From: Camelus ferus
Taxonomy: Eukaryota
Direction of reading: 5' to 3'
Length of the DNA: 64,000 nucleotides
Assembly (NCBI RefSeq): GCF_009834535.1
Contig: NC_045696.1
Location: forward strand, 12,836,001 to 12,900,000
Under the pieces are notes generated by a model. The model made no database searches, was not told where the DNA came from, and saw only the letters and a program-made list of their open reading frames with translations. Each line of letters begins with the position of its first letter. Positions within the stretch are counted from its first letter, which is position 1. Both the position numbers and the translations under genes were made by a program. Below are positions 10,691 through 24,133 of the stretch, piece by piece.

Positions 10691-11989
10691 GCTGTACTCA
10701 GGACACACAGAGTTGCAGGTGGGTGAAGTCCAACTCTTAGAGCTGGAGTGTAAAAGGGAAACTGTTGGCTGACTGAAGTCCATGAGTGGAGCTGGCCTCA
10801 AGGGGGTGAAACGATATCATCAGGTCTGTTTCTTTGCTCTCTTCCTCACCTCCATCTCAGAGGAGCTTCCTCCACATGGTTGGGAAATGGCAGGTCATGA
10901 TTAGAGGTGGTTCAAGGTTTACAGCATCAGTTCAGCTACAGCAAAGGAAAGTAAGTTCTCCTTTCTTCCAGGATGTGTGTAAAATAAGAACTCTGATTTC
11001 ATCATGTTATCATTCTAGGCCAGTGATTGTGGCTGGAGCCTGGGAGGATTACTGTGATTGGTTATCCCAACAAAATCACAAGTAGAGAGAAAGGAGTTGC
11101 TTTGATTAGAAAAAAAGGGGCAAGGTGAAGCTGAAGAGACAGAACCAAAATAATACTCACTGCAAGTATCCAGTAGGAATATAGAGGGAGAATGCATGCC
11201 ACAATAAGACCTTGAACTTTTTCCTAACTGCAGCTTAGATGAAAGGTTTGGTTTTGAATACATTGTTGAAGTGTACGTGGACTATATGGTAGCCAGCAGA
11301 TATTTGGAGTTTACCTAAGGGAAAATGAGAAAAGAAGAAAAAGGAAGAAAAGGAAAAATAAAATAATTTCAAATAAATTGAAATTATTACTGTGGCACTG
11401 AAAATGTGAGCTAGAACAAAATTAGAATTTATTTTCAATTTTAATATCACCACTGCAATCCCTCTTAAGTTGACCTTGAAATGTCTGCCAAGTACCTGTG
11501 GTTTGAAATTTCGGTTCTGAGGTTAGAAGACTGTCAGATTTATTACCAATTTGTTTTAGGTTGTAGCCTTCCTTCTGAGTCCTTTGAAATTAATTGTTTC
11601 TCCTATAGGCATTATGGTCAAGCACATGATATGTAGTTACCACAGCAATTGGTTTCACATGAATTAAGCAGAGGAGCAATATTCCCACTTAATTAAAACA
11701 TGCAAGGATATAATTTAGATTATATTTACAATTGGTCAAAATAGGTTTCCCATTAAAGTTATAATATTGGGATTAACAGAAGTAGAAGAGCCCTGATAAT
11801 TTTTTTTTCCAGGTTTTAGCTCAGTCAACAGAAACTGGTCAAGCAGTTAAGATCAGACAAGATCATAAAAACGTATGTGAAGGCAAATTGTAGGTTCTGT
11901 AAACTGCACCGGTGTAATCTGAATGGGTTATAGGGGAAAACATCTAGGGTGTATGTTACCTAGACTTGCACCCTCCAATATGGTAACTA

Positions 11990-12157
11990 TATACGTTTGA
12001 ATTAATTAACATTAAACAAAATAAAAAATTCAGTTCCCTAGTCACACTAGGCACCCTTCAAGTGCTCAGTAGGCTTATGTGGCTACTGCCCACCATATTG
12101 GACAGCTACTGTAAGGAAATCTTTCATCATCACTGGAAGTTCTATTCGACAGCACTA
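11990..12157. mobile_element. MER3-type hAT element
   Basis: aaaattcagttccctagtcacactag ... atattggacagc ... gaagttctattcgacagcact. Confidence 0.75.
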
Positions 12158-12944
12158 ATCTAGTCAGCATTGATAGGCCAAGTTCCCTTTCTTTGGAGTT
12201 GAATAAGCTAAATACAAAATTTAAAAGGGATTTTTCTCTCTCCTCCTGCCCCAGGGTAAGTGCTGTCAACCCTACCTTTAAATCACATTCCCAGATCTAC
12301 CCTCTTCTCTCCTTTTCCATCGCTACCCTCTGAGTCCAAGCCATTATTATCTCCCATTTGTACAGTCACACGGGGCTCCTGAATCACTTCCTCGTTTTCC
12401 TTCATTCCATTTATATATGGTCTCCATAGAGCAGCCAGGGTGATCCTTAAAAAACAGATCAAATGTAAATTTCTTTTAAAAAAAGGAATGCAAAGGAAGG
12501 AAATCAAACATTTATTGAATTCCCACTTTTTGCACCACAGTGTGCTGTTCTTTTAAGCAAACAATCTTCCTTAATTTTCATAATAATAAGTAAGGGAGGT
12601 ATTCCTTCCCTTTTGCAAAGGTGGAAATTAAGTTTCATAGAAAGCAAATAACTTGCCTGTGTTCACCTAGCTAGTAAGTGGCAGAGCTGTTGAAGAAATG
12701 AGTGAATGATCAGACAGCAAAGTCCACGAGCTTCATCTAGACTGACTTGCCAAACATTGTTAAACCCTAAAGGAGATTTGTTGTTGGGTTTCCTTCTTTT
12801 GAAGAAGAGACGGACTCTTTGTATCTTTATCTACTTTATCTGTTTGTTTATCTGGACTTTGCATCCAGAGTCATAAGGACAGCAGTCTCCTGATCACAGG
12901 AGAGTCAAAGGTGTCTATTCCTTTGAAAAAAATGACAGGTGGAA

Positions 12945-13072
12945 TTTTTTTGGGGGGGTGGAGGGAGGTAGTTAGGCTTTTATTTATTTATTTAATGGAG
13001 GTACTTGGGATTGAACCCAGGACCTCGTGCATGCTCAGCACACACTCCACCCCTGAGCTACACCCACCTCCC
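12945..13072 (-). mobile_element. vic-1-type camelid tRNA-derived SINE
   Basis: Inverted A/B-box head (ggattgaacccaggacctcgtgcatgct), AT-rich tail, TSD TGACAGGTGGAATTTT / TGCCAGGTAGAGTTTT. Confidence 0.85.
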
Positions 13073-14084
13073 TGCCAGGTAGAGTTTTGATACAGCTTAT
13101 ACTTGAAAAGTTTCCCTCCTTGACCACATTAGGCCATTGTCCTAGGGTTTAAGGCAGTAGCTCCCCCCCCCCACCTTTTTTTTGGTCTGAAGCGTAGCTT
13201 AAAATACTAGTGTTTGAAGGCATCCAAAAAAGTTTGCAAGATTAAAAACAGAAAGCCAGTAAAAATGATAACGAAGCATAATAAAGAAAAACAACATCTC
13301 AGTATATGTAAATACAACCACAGTTATCACACTGCTGATTATGGCGTCCCTCTTTCACACCATGCTTTCTCTTTCTCTGCACTGGACCACGTGCTCTGTC
13401 TGTCACATCACTACATTAAATGTGTGCATATTGCAGCAAAAGTAAGTTTTATTACTTTTATCACATTTGTTGCAGCTGGGGGGATCTCTGTGAAGAAACT
13501 GCAGCTTAGCAGTTGGTGAGAGTAGAGGGCTGTTTGTTTGCTCGTAAGAAATATACCTCACCCCCCGCCCCCCTTTTATCTTCTGAGTGGCAGCACCGGG
13601 ACATATAGGAAGCTGTTACTTTGGTTGCTTAAACAAAGAAGATTCCCAAGCCTCAGTGGTTTTGAACTTCCTTTTTAGGGGATTGGATTTTAACACAAAA
13701 CAATTCCATGACTCTTTGTCTTGAATAAGACATCTTTTGCTTGCTTTCCTGGTAAGAGACCTTGAGTTCCAGGGGTCATACGACAAAATCAAGGTAATGA
13801 GGATATTTCTGTATGTTTCTCTTAGGACTCTCTGCCAAATTCCTCTCTTATCATATAGGTTTGCAGTCTTCCCAGGTTTCCAACCCTCAGGACATGCAGT
13901 GGCTTTAGTTTATGTTGAAGTTTCCCATCAGCACAAACTCTTGCCATGACGCTATTTACATTTTTTTTTACTCCTTAATATACATTTTCTTGCAAACCAG
14001 TCTCAGCCCTTGTACTTATCCTCCAAGGCCATGCTACTCAGAGGGTGAGTGTCAGCATCAGTTCAAAGGATCCTTTAAAAACAA

Positions 14085-14780
14085 CAGATAATTCCACTTC
14101 TGGGTATTTATTCCAAGGAAATGAAAACACTAACTTGAAAATGTATCTGCACCCATCCATGTTCACTGCAGCATTATTTACAGTAGCCAAGACATGGAAA
14201 CAACCTAAACATCCACTGATGCATGAAAGGATAAAGAAAACGTGATATATGCAATGGAGTATTATTCAGCCATAAAAAGAGAGAAATCTTGTGACATTTG
14301 TGACAGCTTGGATGGACTCTAAAGGCATTATGCTAAATGAGATAAATCAGATAGAGAAAAACAAATACTGTATGATTTCTTTTCTGTGGAATCTTAAAAA
14401 AAAAAAAAAAAAGACCCTGCGCTCACAGATGCAGAGGACAGATTCGCGGTTACCAGAGGGCCAGGGGTGGGGATGTGTGTGGTGGTGAAGTGGGTGAAGG
14501 TGGTCAAAGGTACAAACTTCCAGTCATGAAACAAATCAGCCCTGGGGTTGTAACAGACGGCATGGTGACTATAGTTAATAATACTGTGCTGTGTATTTGA
14601 AAGTTGTTAACAGAGTAGACCTTAAACCTTTTGTTACAGGAAAAAAATTGTTAACTATATGTGGTGATGGACGTTAACCAGACTTCCTGTAACTGTTTTG
14701 AAATATATACCAATATCGATCATGTTGTACACCTGAAACTACTATAATGTTGTATGTCAATTATATTCAGTTGAAAAAAG
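14085..14780 (+). mobile_element. L1 3' fragment (L1MA-like): end of ORF2 plus 3'UTR
   Basis: Decayed ORF2 peptides (MFTAALFTVAKTWKQPK), 3'UTR atggtgactatagttaataatactgt, A-rich end. Confidence 0.9.
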
Positions 14781-16169
14781 GCTATTTCCTCTCCTTTCCT
14801 TTTGTTCTTCTTTCAGAAATATTCTCCAGGTCTCCTTTCAGCAACAGCTACGGTTTACACTGAAACTATTGCTGTCCCAGTAGAAAAACCCCTTTGAACG
14901 TCTCTAAATGCGTTCACTTCTCCCGACTGTGTCGTGTGATGTAAGCTGGGAAGCGCGCATTAGTCATTTCACGTCCAATTGCACGGAGAACCGCACAATA
15001 AACACATCCTCCGCGTGGGGGAGAGCTTTGCTGTTTTCCACTCTGCGCTGACCGACCTTACCCACACACCGCTAATTTGAGAACCTCCTTTGCTCAGAGG
15101 GAAAGCTTGTCTGGATTAGAAAAGTCCTGCGTAGAAACTTGACACTGTCCTGGGCCGGGAGTATTTGGAATCACACACAGGAAAGGGCTGCGTACTTGGT
15201 GACCTGCCTAATGACAGAATGTGTGTGTGACCGTCTCTGATTACAGCACTCCAGGAAGCATCACCCCAAAAGTACGACTGCTATGAACCGCAGCGTGCCC
15301 TCCGGCTAATCCTTACTAACCGAGGTGGAGATGCTCTTTCTGCCTGTACCGTCTTCCCAACGGTATCCTTCCTGCAGTCTTTTAATGCCTTGGCTACTCC
15401 CTGGGCCATCCTCCGGGGGCACATGGCTATCTTTGCCCTCGACCGGATACATTCAATAGTTATTCAGTAGTTTCTGTGAATAACCAGCTTTCCTTAGTCA
15501 AACTCTGGGTCCCCTTGGAATACCCACACTGCATAAGACTGAGGGTGCATCCTGCCCGGAGTTGCCCCTTGACTGGAAGGCATATGACCCTGCACTCTAG
15601 CTTTGTTGGAAGAGAGTCACATGGAGGGAGATTCTGTTTTAAGGTAGCACAGAAAGAATTTTTTCTCCTTAAAATATTGCTGAAGGTAGCTCTGTGAAAG
15701 TAGGTCCTAGGCAGTCCTTGCCTGGCTCCTAGCCTTTTCTTCCCACAAGTGGAGTCTCTTGAATCTCCCTGTCTTTTCATCTGTAGGCTCATCCCACTCC
15801 CCAGTGTCCAGGATCAAGTCAGACAGGGCTACAGGTAACCCATATGGAATTTCCACTTAAACTAGAAAAAGCCATCGTCCTATGGGTGAGCCAGGGCTTG
15901 ACAAGCCTAAGGCTCCTTTGTGAGTACCAAAAGGCGGGCTTCTTGAAGAAGAAATTCCTCCCTTCTCCAAGTAGATAGCGTTCAGCAATTGGGTCATGGC
16001 TTGGAGAGCAGAGCTGACCCCCCTCTTTGGTCTGGGGCCCTGACCCCCATCACAACCTGCACAACTACATGAGATAGCCCCGAAGCATGACCTTTGGCGG
16101 AGAATCCAGAGTTAGAATACTTGGAATCGAATCACCACTCCTACTAGTTCTTCTCCCAGCTCTGAGCAA

Positions 16170-16530
16170 TATTTTGCAGTAGGATTTAGGGTAGGCATGT
16201 GACCCAGTTCTGGGGAAGTCTGCTGAGGGCTTCTGGGGAAGTCTGCTGAGGGCTTCTGGGGAAAATTTTCCTCCCTCGCCACTCCCAGCTGACTTATGTC
16301 AGTTGTCATGTAGGAATGTGGTATATAGAGCTGCAGCAGCCATGTTGAGACCATGAGGATATAAAGTTATAAAAAACAACAGGGAAGCTAATACAAAGCC
16401 CTGACTAAACTAACTAATTGACTTGCTAAACTAACTAATCCTGCATCTAGACTTCATGTTATATGAGAAAGTAAATGTCCATTGGCTGAGTGTTCTGTTA
16501 ATGGCTAATGAAAATATCTTATCTGATAAG
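16170..16530 (+). mobile_element. MaLR LTR (MLT1J/K-like) containing a 23-bp tandem duplication
   Basis: ggcatgtgacccagttctgg, gctgcagcagccatgttgagaccatgagg and tagacttcatgttatatgaga are MLT1 motifs. Confidence 0.7.
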
Positions 16531-16859
16531 GGAACTATGATTCGCCAGGAACTGTGCTAGATCTTCATAATGCTCATAACAACTCTAAGCAGTATGTATT
16601 GCTGTTCTCTCTCCTTCTGGATACAAAGTTCAGAAATACCATGTGTTCTACCCAACAGCACTGAATTTCTGTTTTTTAAGATCCATAGTCTACAGTATTT
16701 TGTTACGGCAGCTCTAGCTGACTAATACACCTATTTTAAGGCTTTTGATACCTATTGCCCAATTGTCCTCAGAAACGTTGTACCAGTTGGCACCCTCACC
16801 AGTAGCACATAAAAATACACATTCCCTGTACTTACACCAATACTGAGTGTAATCTTAGA

Positions 16860-17060
16860 AGACCTGAATTTGAATTGCAGGTCGACCTTTCAGTACCTGG
16901 GTATGTTGCGCAAGCCACTCTCCCCTCTGAGTCCCAGTATTCCTGTTTGTCAAATTAGCATAACAGTGATTACCCCAGCTTTGTAGGTGCCATCTCACCA
17001 GGCCACTGAGAGTGCCGATGAGAGAAAGTACAAGAAGACGTTTTGTAAACTGTAAAGTAA
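16860..17060 (+). mobile_element. MIR SINE, preceded by MLT1 and L1ME scraps (about 16665-16850)
   Basis: agacctgaatttgaatt ... ctctgagtcccagtattcctgtttgtcaaa. Confidence 0.6.
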
Positions 17061-17764
17061 AACACAGGTGTTAGTGGTTGTGTTAATTCATCTTACTGCT
17101 TCAGTTGAACAAACTATAGAATGTTTAGGGGGTCAGATGAAACAGTCTAAAATAATTGTGCAGTGTTAAATTGACTCAAATGGTGTGAAAGTTAATCAAA
17201 ATGAAACATGCGAAAAAAAAAAAAAGGTTAGAGTCCCAAAGTTCAGCTTGAACCTGAACTCATTATAGGCTGAGCCCAAACCATTTACTGATTCTGGAAA
17301 AGTCACTTAAAAGAGTCCATGAACTTCCCTTTCTTCACTGCAGAATTATATTCCTGTGTTGCTATTTTGTGCCTTCCTACGAGGCTGACATTCTTAACAC
17401 CCATGGATCCTCTCCAAGAAGCCTCATCTACCATCCCATCTCCTAGTTACAGTAACCACTGGGGCTGGGAGAGGATTCTTATTCTCTAGACCTTTTGCTC
17501 TAGATCTTTCCTAGTGAAAGCTCTGTGGACATAGGAAGGGATCTGGGTACGTATTAAGTGCTTTGTGGTCCAAGGAAGAAGAAATCCTGTTATGCACAAT
17601 CAATGCACATTTGAGTAATGCTTATTTTACACCCATTTAATTAATGTCATCATTACTAGTTCTTTTAGTAATTAATTTAATTTTGATTAGTAATAGAAAG
17701 ATAGGCTTAGTCTATTTCCCCTTGAAATTAGAGAAAACTTACAAATTTTAAAAAATGCTTGGCA

Positions 17765-17997
17765 GGTGAGGGGAGGGTATAGCTCAGTGGTAGAGCACAT
17801 GCTTAGCATGCTTAAGGTCCTGGGTTCAATCCCCAGTACCAACACCTTAAAAATAGATAAATAAACATAATTACCCCCTCCACAAAAAGAATTTGGGAGG
17901 AAGGTAAGGCTTAGTGGTACAGTGTGTGCTTAACATGCATGAAGTCCTGGGTTTAATCCCCAGTACTGCCATCAAAAAGAAAAAAAAAAAAAAAAAA
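17765..17997 (+). mobile_element. Head-to-tail pair of vic-1-type SINEs (second unit starts about 17895)
   Basis: ggggagggtatagctcagtggtagagc ... gggttcaatccccagtacc followed by a second diverged copy and poly(A). One outer TSD: AAAAATGCTTGGC / AAAAAAGCTTGGC. Confidence 0.88.
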
Positions 17998-18282
17998 GCT
18001 TGGCCAGGAGGTGTGAAGACTTCAATACGTGCGAGACGTCTGACAAAAACCCATCTTCCCAAATGATTGTTCTCTCTTGGTCAACAGCTATAGACATAGA
18101 TTTAGAAATGGATTTTGACTGGTGATTCCATATGTATTTCACTCTTCTGAAATCTATTTCTTGATTTCCAATTCATATCTAACTTAAGTAGCACACTTTT
18201 CCTGACACAGAGTTGGTATAGTCATGATGCATGTTTATAAGTGATAATACAATTTGAATTTGGGGATAAACTGCAGTTTATA

Positions 18283-18515
18283 CAGTTGATCTTTGAACAG
18301 TGCAGGGGTTGGGGCACCGACATTCTGCACAGTCAAAAATTTGCATGTAACTTATAGTTGGCCATGTGTATCTGAGACTTCTCTGTATCTGGGATTCCCC
18401 ATCTGCAGATTCAACCAACCATGAACCATGTAGTACTGTAATATTTACTGTTGAAAAAAATCTGTATATAAGTGGATCCGCACAGTTCAAACTCATGTTA
18501 TTCAAGGGCCAGCTG
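18283..18515. mobile_element. MER8-type Tigger (TcMar) MITE
   Basis: TIRs cagttgatctttgaaca ... tgttattcaagggccagctg, TA on the left flank, about 233 bp. Confidence 0.85.
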
Positions 18516-18829
18516 TGTAAACAGTTGTGCCTGGAGCTGGCCCTAGGCAATAGGTAAAATCATCCAATTTCAGTTTCCTCCTAGCCTTTTCTACTCCTCT
18601 TAGTCATAATTACTCATATGAACAATGCCCAGGGAATCCCAATGTGAACATAAATCATCTGAGACATGACACTTAAACTGAATCCTCAACTTTTCCCCTC
18701 ACAATTGAAACTCACCAAGTCAGGATGTTGAATCCCGAGATTCTCTGTGTTCCATAAAGTAGCAATGAATTAATCTTATCGAATAAGCCTCTCCCTTTTT
18801 AGAAAATAAAACAATAATTTTTCTATAAA

Positions 18830-19590
18830 TTAAAAAATGTAGATATCCATGCATAGATGTATAAATATGATTAAATCTTGCCGCCACTTGTAAGTGAACT
18901 TCTTTTCCTTTTTGCTGAGTTTCCCCTCCTCACCTCGCTGGTGTCCCCACATCACCCAATACCCCTCCTCCCAATCCACATTGGCAAGTGTCCTTTCACA
19001 TTTTCCTCCAATCTCACACAATCCTTTCAAACCTATACATGCATGTTTCACTATGTATATATTTTATACAAAGAAATCACATTATACATGCTTTTTTGCA
19101 TCTTGCTTTTTGTTATGCTTCAGCTCCAGGTAATAATCCTTCCAAGCCAGATTCTATGGCTCAATTTCATTCTTTTGACTGGCTCTCGAACATTCCTTCA
19201 TTTGAAAATACCATGATTGAATCAGCTGTCCTACTCATGATGGGCACTCCCTTTGTTTCTCTTTTTGCCATTATGTCGTGTACTCCTATAAACAGTCTTG
19301 AATATGAATCCTCAGTACTGCAGCTTTCTGTTTTTACAGGGTAGACTCCCAGGAGTGAGATTTCTGGGTGAAAAGGCATGTAGAATTTAAATTTTAATTG
19401 CTGTTGTCAGATTCCCCTCCAAGAAGACATTAATCTAACAACACAAAACTGCGTGTTTTCCTTGTAACCCTGCCAACAAGAGATGTTATCTGTTTTTAAA
19501 AGGTTATCAGTCCAATGATGTATAAAATGATGTATGTGTGTTAAATCTGTGTTTCCCTGACTCTTAGGAAATTGGAGCACATTTTGACTT
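18830..19590 (-). mobile_element. Old L1 (L1ME-like) fragment
   Basis: Degenerate L1 ORF2-end and 3'UTR motifs (agggtagactcccaggagtgagatttctggg). Confidence 0.6.
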
Positions 19591-20654
19591 CAAACCTTCT
19601 ACAAATTGTAGCCATTCAAGTTTTTTTTTCTTTTACTATCTTCCATTACATCCTGGGACCAGACACTAAACACAAAATTAATCTGAGCAAAGGTGTGCGG
19701 AGTAGAAAAGCATCATAAGGGCCTGACTTTGTCTCAAGCTGATCTCACACATCCCCCTCATTTTACTTTCTCGCTTGGTCCTCACTTCCAGAGGCACCTG
19801 CTGCCACTGATTCCTGAGTCTTTGAAAGATTCTGCATCGTAGCAAGTTGGTTCTTGACCTTCGTGCTGATGGCTTACAACCTCTGGCATGCCAAACCATC
19901 TGTCACTCTCACATCTGGATACTTCCAGACCCAAACTTTATGTTGCCTCCTCTCCAATTCTCCATCTCCTTAAGGTTCTGTGCTCATTCATTATAAAACT
20001 TTCTGCTGTAGTTTTGGAAGGACTGAAATTAGCTGCAATCCTCTATGCTTATAGAGACAAATCTTTATCACTTTGCATCTCTCTTGTAATTGGTATATGG
20101 CTAGGATTTCTCTTTTAACCTGGTTTGACAATCTCTGCTTTGTAGTTTAATGATCGATGCTTTAGATTTTATTCCACATCTGGTTTTATATTTTTAATTT
20201 ATTTTAGATATCTATTTTTTTCTTTTTCCTTTCTTGGGTGGGTCTGACCATATTGCAATTCATTTCTTTTCCTTTGATAGTTACTATACTTCTCCATTGT
20301 AGCTTCTCTTTTTGATCCTCATAACTACCTACGTATTTCTCTACCATTGTTGGAAACAAGATCCCACTGATTTTTCTTATCAAGATGGACTTTATGCTTT
20401 ACCGGACGCCCCTCCCATCTTGATGAGCTGACCCTTTCAGGATACTTTTTCTCTTCCTTCTGCCTTCCCTCCCAGTGAATGAGACCTTTGGAGCTTTTAT
20501 CTAAATCCTCCCTAACTCCCAGCTTCACTGCTCAACTCCAGTCCTGTTGGGTGAAATATTTGAAACTTTTTGATTCACACTTCTGTTAGAATTTCTTCTT
20601 GCAGTATATTTCTTCTTTAAGAGTCCCGTTTTTGAGAACAGTTCAGGGTTTGTT

Positions 20655-20880
20655 GCGTTTAAAAACATGGGATCTGGAGCCAGACCACCTGGCTCTGCCC
20701 CTTCCTTGTTTTGTGACTATGGTGAAGTCACAAGTTCATTAAATAACTTTCTGCCTCAGTTTCCTCCTTGGGGAAGTGTTAATACTAGTGCTATCCTCAG
20801 GGAATTTGCGAATGTTTAGTTACTACATGACAAGTACTTAAAACAGCACCTCTTTCATAGCTAAATAAATGTTAACTTGT
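20655..20880 (+). mobile_element. MIR SINE
   Basis: ctggagccagaccacctgg ... ctgcctcagtttcctc. Confidence 0.7.
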
Positions 20881-21104
20881 TAATACTTTTATACACATTC
20901 TTAGTTATTAAATCATTGTTCATTTACATATGTTATCAAGATATATATGCACCTAAGTGTGTGTGTATATTTATAATATTGGAGTGTTTATATTGACCTA
21001 TCTATATGTATGTGTGTATGTAAGTATGTATTCAAAGTTTATTACTCATTTATTTTTCCTCTTTTTATTTTCCCCTGTGCCTTGGAACTTCTATTATTTA
21101 AATT

Positions 21105-21265
21105 TTTTTTAAAAAAATTGAAGTATAGTTGATTTACTATGTTGTGTTAGTTTCAGGGTATAGCAAAATGATTCAGTTATTTATATATTCTTTTTCAGTT
21201 TTTTTTCCATTATAGGTTATTACAAGATATTGAATGTAGTTCCCTGTGCTGTTCAGTAGGTCCTC
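21105..21265 (-). mobile_element. Short 3' end of a young artiodactyl/camelid-type L1
   Basis: attgaagtatagttgatttactatgttgtgttagtttcagg, similar to the L1 ends at 22365 and 46540. Confidence 0.85.
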
Positions 21266-22364
21266 TGTTATGGTTTTTGCTCATAGGTAATTTGAATATA
21301 GAATTCTTAGATTGTGGTCATTTTCTCTCAAAATTCTTTACTTTTCTTTCATGAGCTCTACTTATTTATGTGTTAACTTTGTACTTTAAGATGTTTTTCC
21401 ATTAGGTATTTTATACCACTATTTTGAAACTCAACATGGCCTTCTTTTCCTCCAACTCATCTAATGTCAGCTGGAAAATTATAATTTTTAGCTCCAGACT
21501 GTTTTTGAACCTGAAATGGGTCTTGTTTCATTTCCCCCCCTAGGCATTCTCCTCCACCTCTATTTCTCTTGTCATGTGCAATATAGGAACAGTCTGATTG
21601 ACTGCTCTCTCTCTCTCCGACTTACTGAACCTCTTAGGTGTGTCTGTTTTTTTTTTCATCCCCTCCCTGTGGTGTAGGTCTGCTTGTTGGGGTCTCCAAG
21701 TGGCAGCAGCCAGGGCTCCTGGGAAGGTAGAGCAGATCCCGGCAGACCACTGGCCATTGCTGAGACACTTGAAGAGATGGTCCCTTTTCCGTCTCTCTCA
21801 TGCTGTCCCAGCCCCCAGATCTGTGAGTGCTTAACTCACCCCTTGAGGGGCAGGGAGACCATTTCCCTGGGGTCCCTCAAACCCTGCAGGCCAAGTTGGG
21901 TTCTCCAGTGCTGATCACCAAGTCCTCTTCTAACCCTTGGGAGGAAAGCCCTGTTCTGGCTCTCTCCTCGGCAACCCCCACGGAGCCCAAGGCCTTCCTT
22001 GTATCCATTTGCTCATCATTTGGCATTTGCATGATCAGGGGAGAAAAAAATGGTGGCAGTCAGTAGTGGCGGGGACGGGAATATTCATTACAGATTCTTC
22101 GAAAACAGCCTCCAAACATCGAAATGTTGAAAAAGCAAACAGAGCTTAAGAAGCTTCCTGGCAGGGTGAGTGGGTAAAGGTGGGACAATCAAGGGTCTGG
22201 GATAAGATGGGTCTTGCAGTGTGGTGGGAGTTGACTGGGATTCAGCAAAGTTTGTAATATAGTCATTCAGAATTGGTAGACATAAAGAGAGTTGTGAAAC
22301 CAGTCAGGAAGCATAAACACTCATCTGATGAGCCTAGTTAAGGGAATTGTTGTTCTATTTGTCT

Positions 22365-22422
22365 ATTGAAGTATAGTTGATTTACAATGTTGTGTTAGTT
22401 TCAGGTGCACAGCAAAATGAGT

Positions 22423-22480
<58 letters not shown>

Positions 22481-23289
22481 TTTTTCAGATTCTTTTCCAT
22501 TATAGGTTATTACAAGATATTGAATATAGTTTCCTGTGCTATACAATAGGTCCTTGTTGTCTGTCTATTTTATATATAGTAATATGTATCTGTTATCCCA
22601 GACTCCTAATTTATCCCTCTTTCCCCCCACCATCCCTCTTTGGGAATCACAGTTTGTTTTCTAAGTCTGTGAGTCTGTTTCTGGTTTGTAGATAAAACTT
22701 ATGTATTATTTGTATCTTTTTTTAAGATTCCACATATAAGTGATATCATATGATATTTGTCTTTCTCTGTCTGACTTACTTCACCTAATGTGATAATCTC
22801 TAGGTCCATCCACGTTGCTGCAAATGACATTATTTCATTCTTTTTTATGGCTGAGTAATATTCCATTGTATGTTTATACACCACAACTTCTTTATCCAAT
22901 CATCTGTCGATGGACACTTAGGTTTCTTCCATGTCTTGGCTGTTGTAAATGATGCTGCTATGAACACTGAGGCACATGTATCTTTTCGAATTACAGTTTT
23001 CTCTGGATATATGCCCAGGAGTAGGATTGTTGGATCATATGGTAACTCTATTTTTAGTTTTTTAAGGAGCCTCCATACTATTCTCCATAGTGGCTGTACA
23101 AATTTACATTCCCACCAGCAGTACAGAAGGGTTGCCTTTTCTCCACATGCTCTCCTGCATTTATCACTTGTAGACTTTTTAACAACAGCCATTCTGACTG
23201 GTGAGAGGTGATACCTCATTGCAGTTTTGATTTGCATTTCTCTAATAATTAGAGATATTAAACATCTTTTCATGTGCCTCTTGGCCATC
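22365..23289 (-). mobile_element. 5'-truncated L1 (ORF2 C-terminus plus 3'UTR)
   Basis: ORF 22845-23414(-) contains [31 protein letters not shown] ... CWWECK ... [14 protein letters not shown], the L1 ORF2 Cys-rich end. Confidence 0.95.
22428..22477. repeat. (TA)n microsatellite of about 25 units inside the L1 3'UTR
   Basis: Read directly from the sequence. Confidence 0.97.
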
Positions 23290-23925
23290 AGGAACTTGTC
23301 TGAGAAGGACACGTTTACTCTAATGAAGACTAGTGAGTGGTCTAGTGCTTTGATATATGAATTTTTTGAGGAAGTTCCTGAAATGCTCAAGTTACTAGCA
23401 ACTTCATCTTCCAAGTTTCCTAGAATAGTAAAGTGATGACAATGTAGACAGTGAGCTGTGTGGTTGCAGATAATTTCTGTGTTTTGGGGTCCAGGTCGGA
23501 CACCATCCCTCCATGCTCACCTGCTGCCAGCCACAGGCTTCACAGGTGCGTCTTCAACTCTGCTCTTTTAGAGTCAGCATTTCTGACCTTTGGTTGCACA
23601 CAGAGCAACGATGCCACTAAAAGGAATTCTGGGCCAGACTGGAGTGGCAGATTGTCCCACAACAGACAAATGCAGAATGGATTTGAGGTTGGGAAAGACT
23701 CTTTGGGAATCCTTACTCAGTCCCTGGTAGTTCTAAGCAGGGAGACAGGTTGGAAGACCTCTTAAGGAAACTGTTGTTGGTTCACTGACAATATTAAAGG
23801 TCATAGAGGTTCTTATTAGCTAATCAGAAAATCACAATAGTCTAAGAACTATGGGATCCCATTGGTTTTGCCTATTCCAATCAGAAAATAATACGCAGTT
23901 TTATCGGAGAACACTAAGATTCTTT

Positions 23926-24133
23926 TTTTAAAAAATCTTTCTTGTGGTATGATTCTTGTAAACTACACATATTTCAGATGTACAATTTGATGAATTATGA
24001 TAGGTGTATACACCAATGGAACCACCACCACAATCAAGATGGCTAACATTTCTGTCACTCCCCAGGAGATGCAAAAATCAAATTCCCAATTTATCCCTTC
24101 CCACTCCCCTTGCCCCCGGATAACCGTAAGTTT
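23926..24133 (-). mobile_element. Chimeric retro-insertion (young-L1 3'UTR piece fused to an old L1M-type 3' end) within a perfect 20-bp TSD
   Basis: GGAGAACACTAAGATTCTTT at 23906-23925 and 24134-24153. Confidence 0.8.

Noticed and set aside
17770..17840. tRNA gene (A and B boxes)
   Set aside because: It is the head of a vic-1 SINE with tail and TSD, present as several diverged copies, with no intact cloverleaf.
22845..23414. 189-aa ORF as a domesticated gene
   Set aside because: L1 ORF2 C-terminal remnant read in from flanking DNA, with a frameshift near its end.
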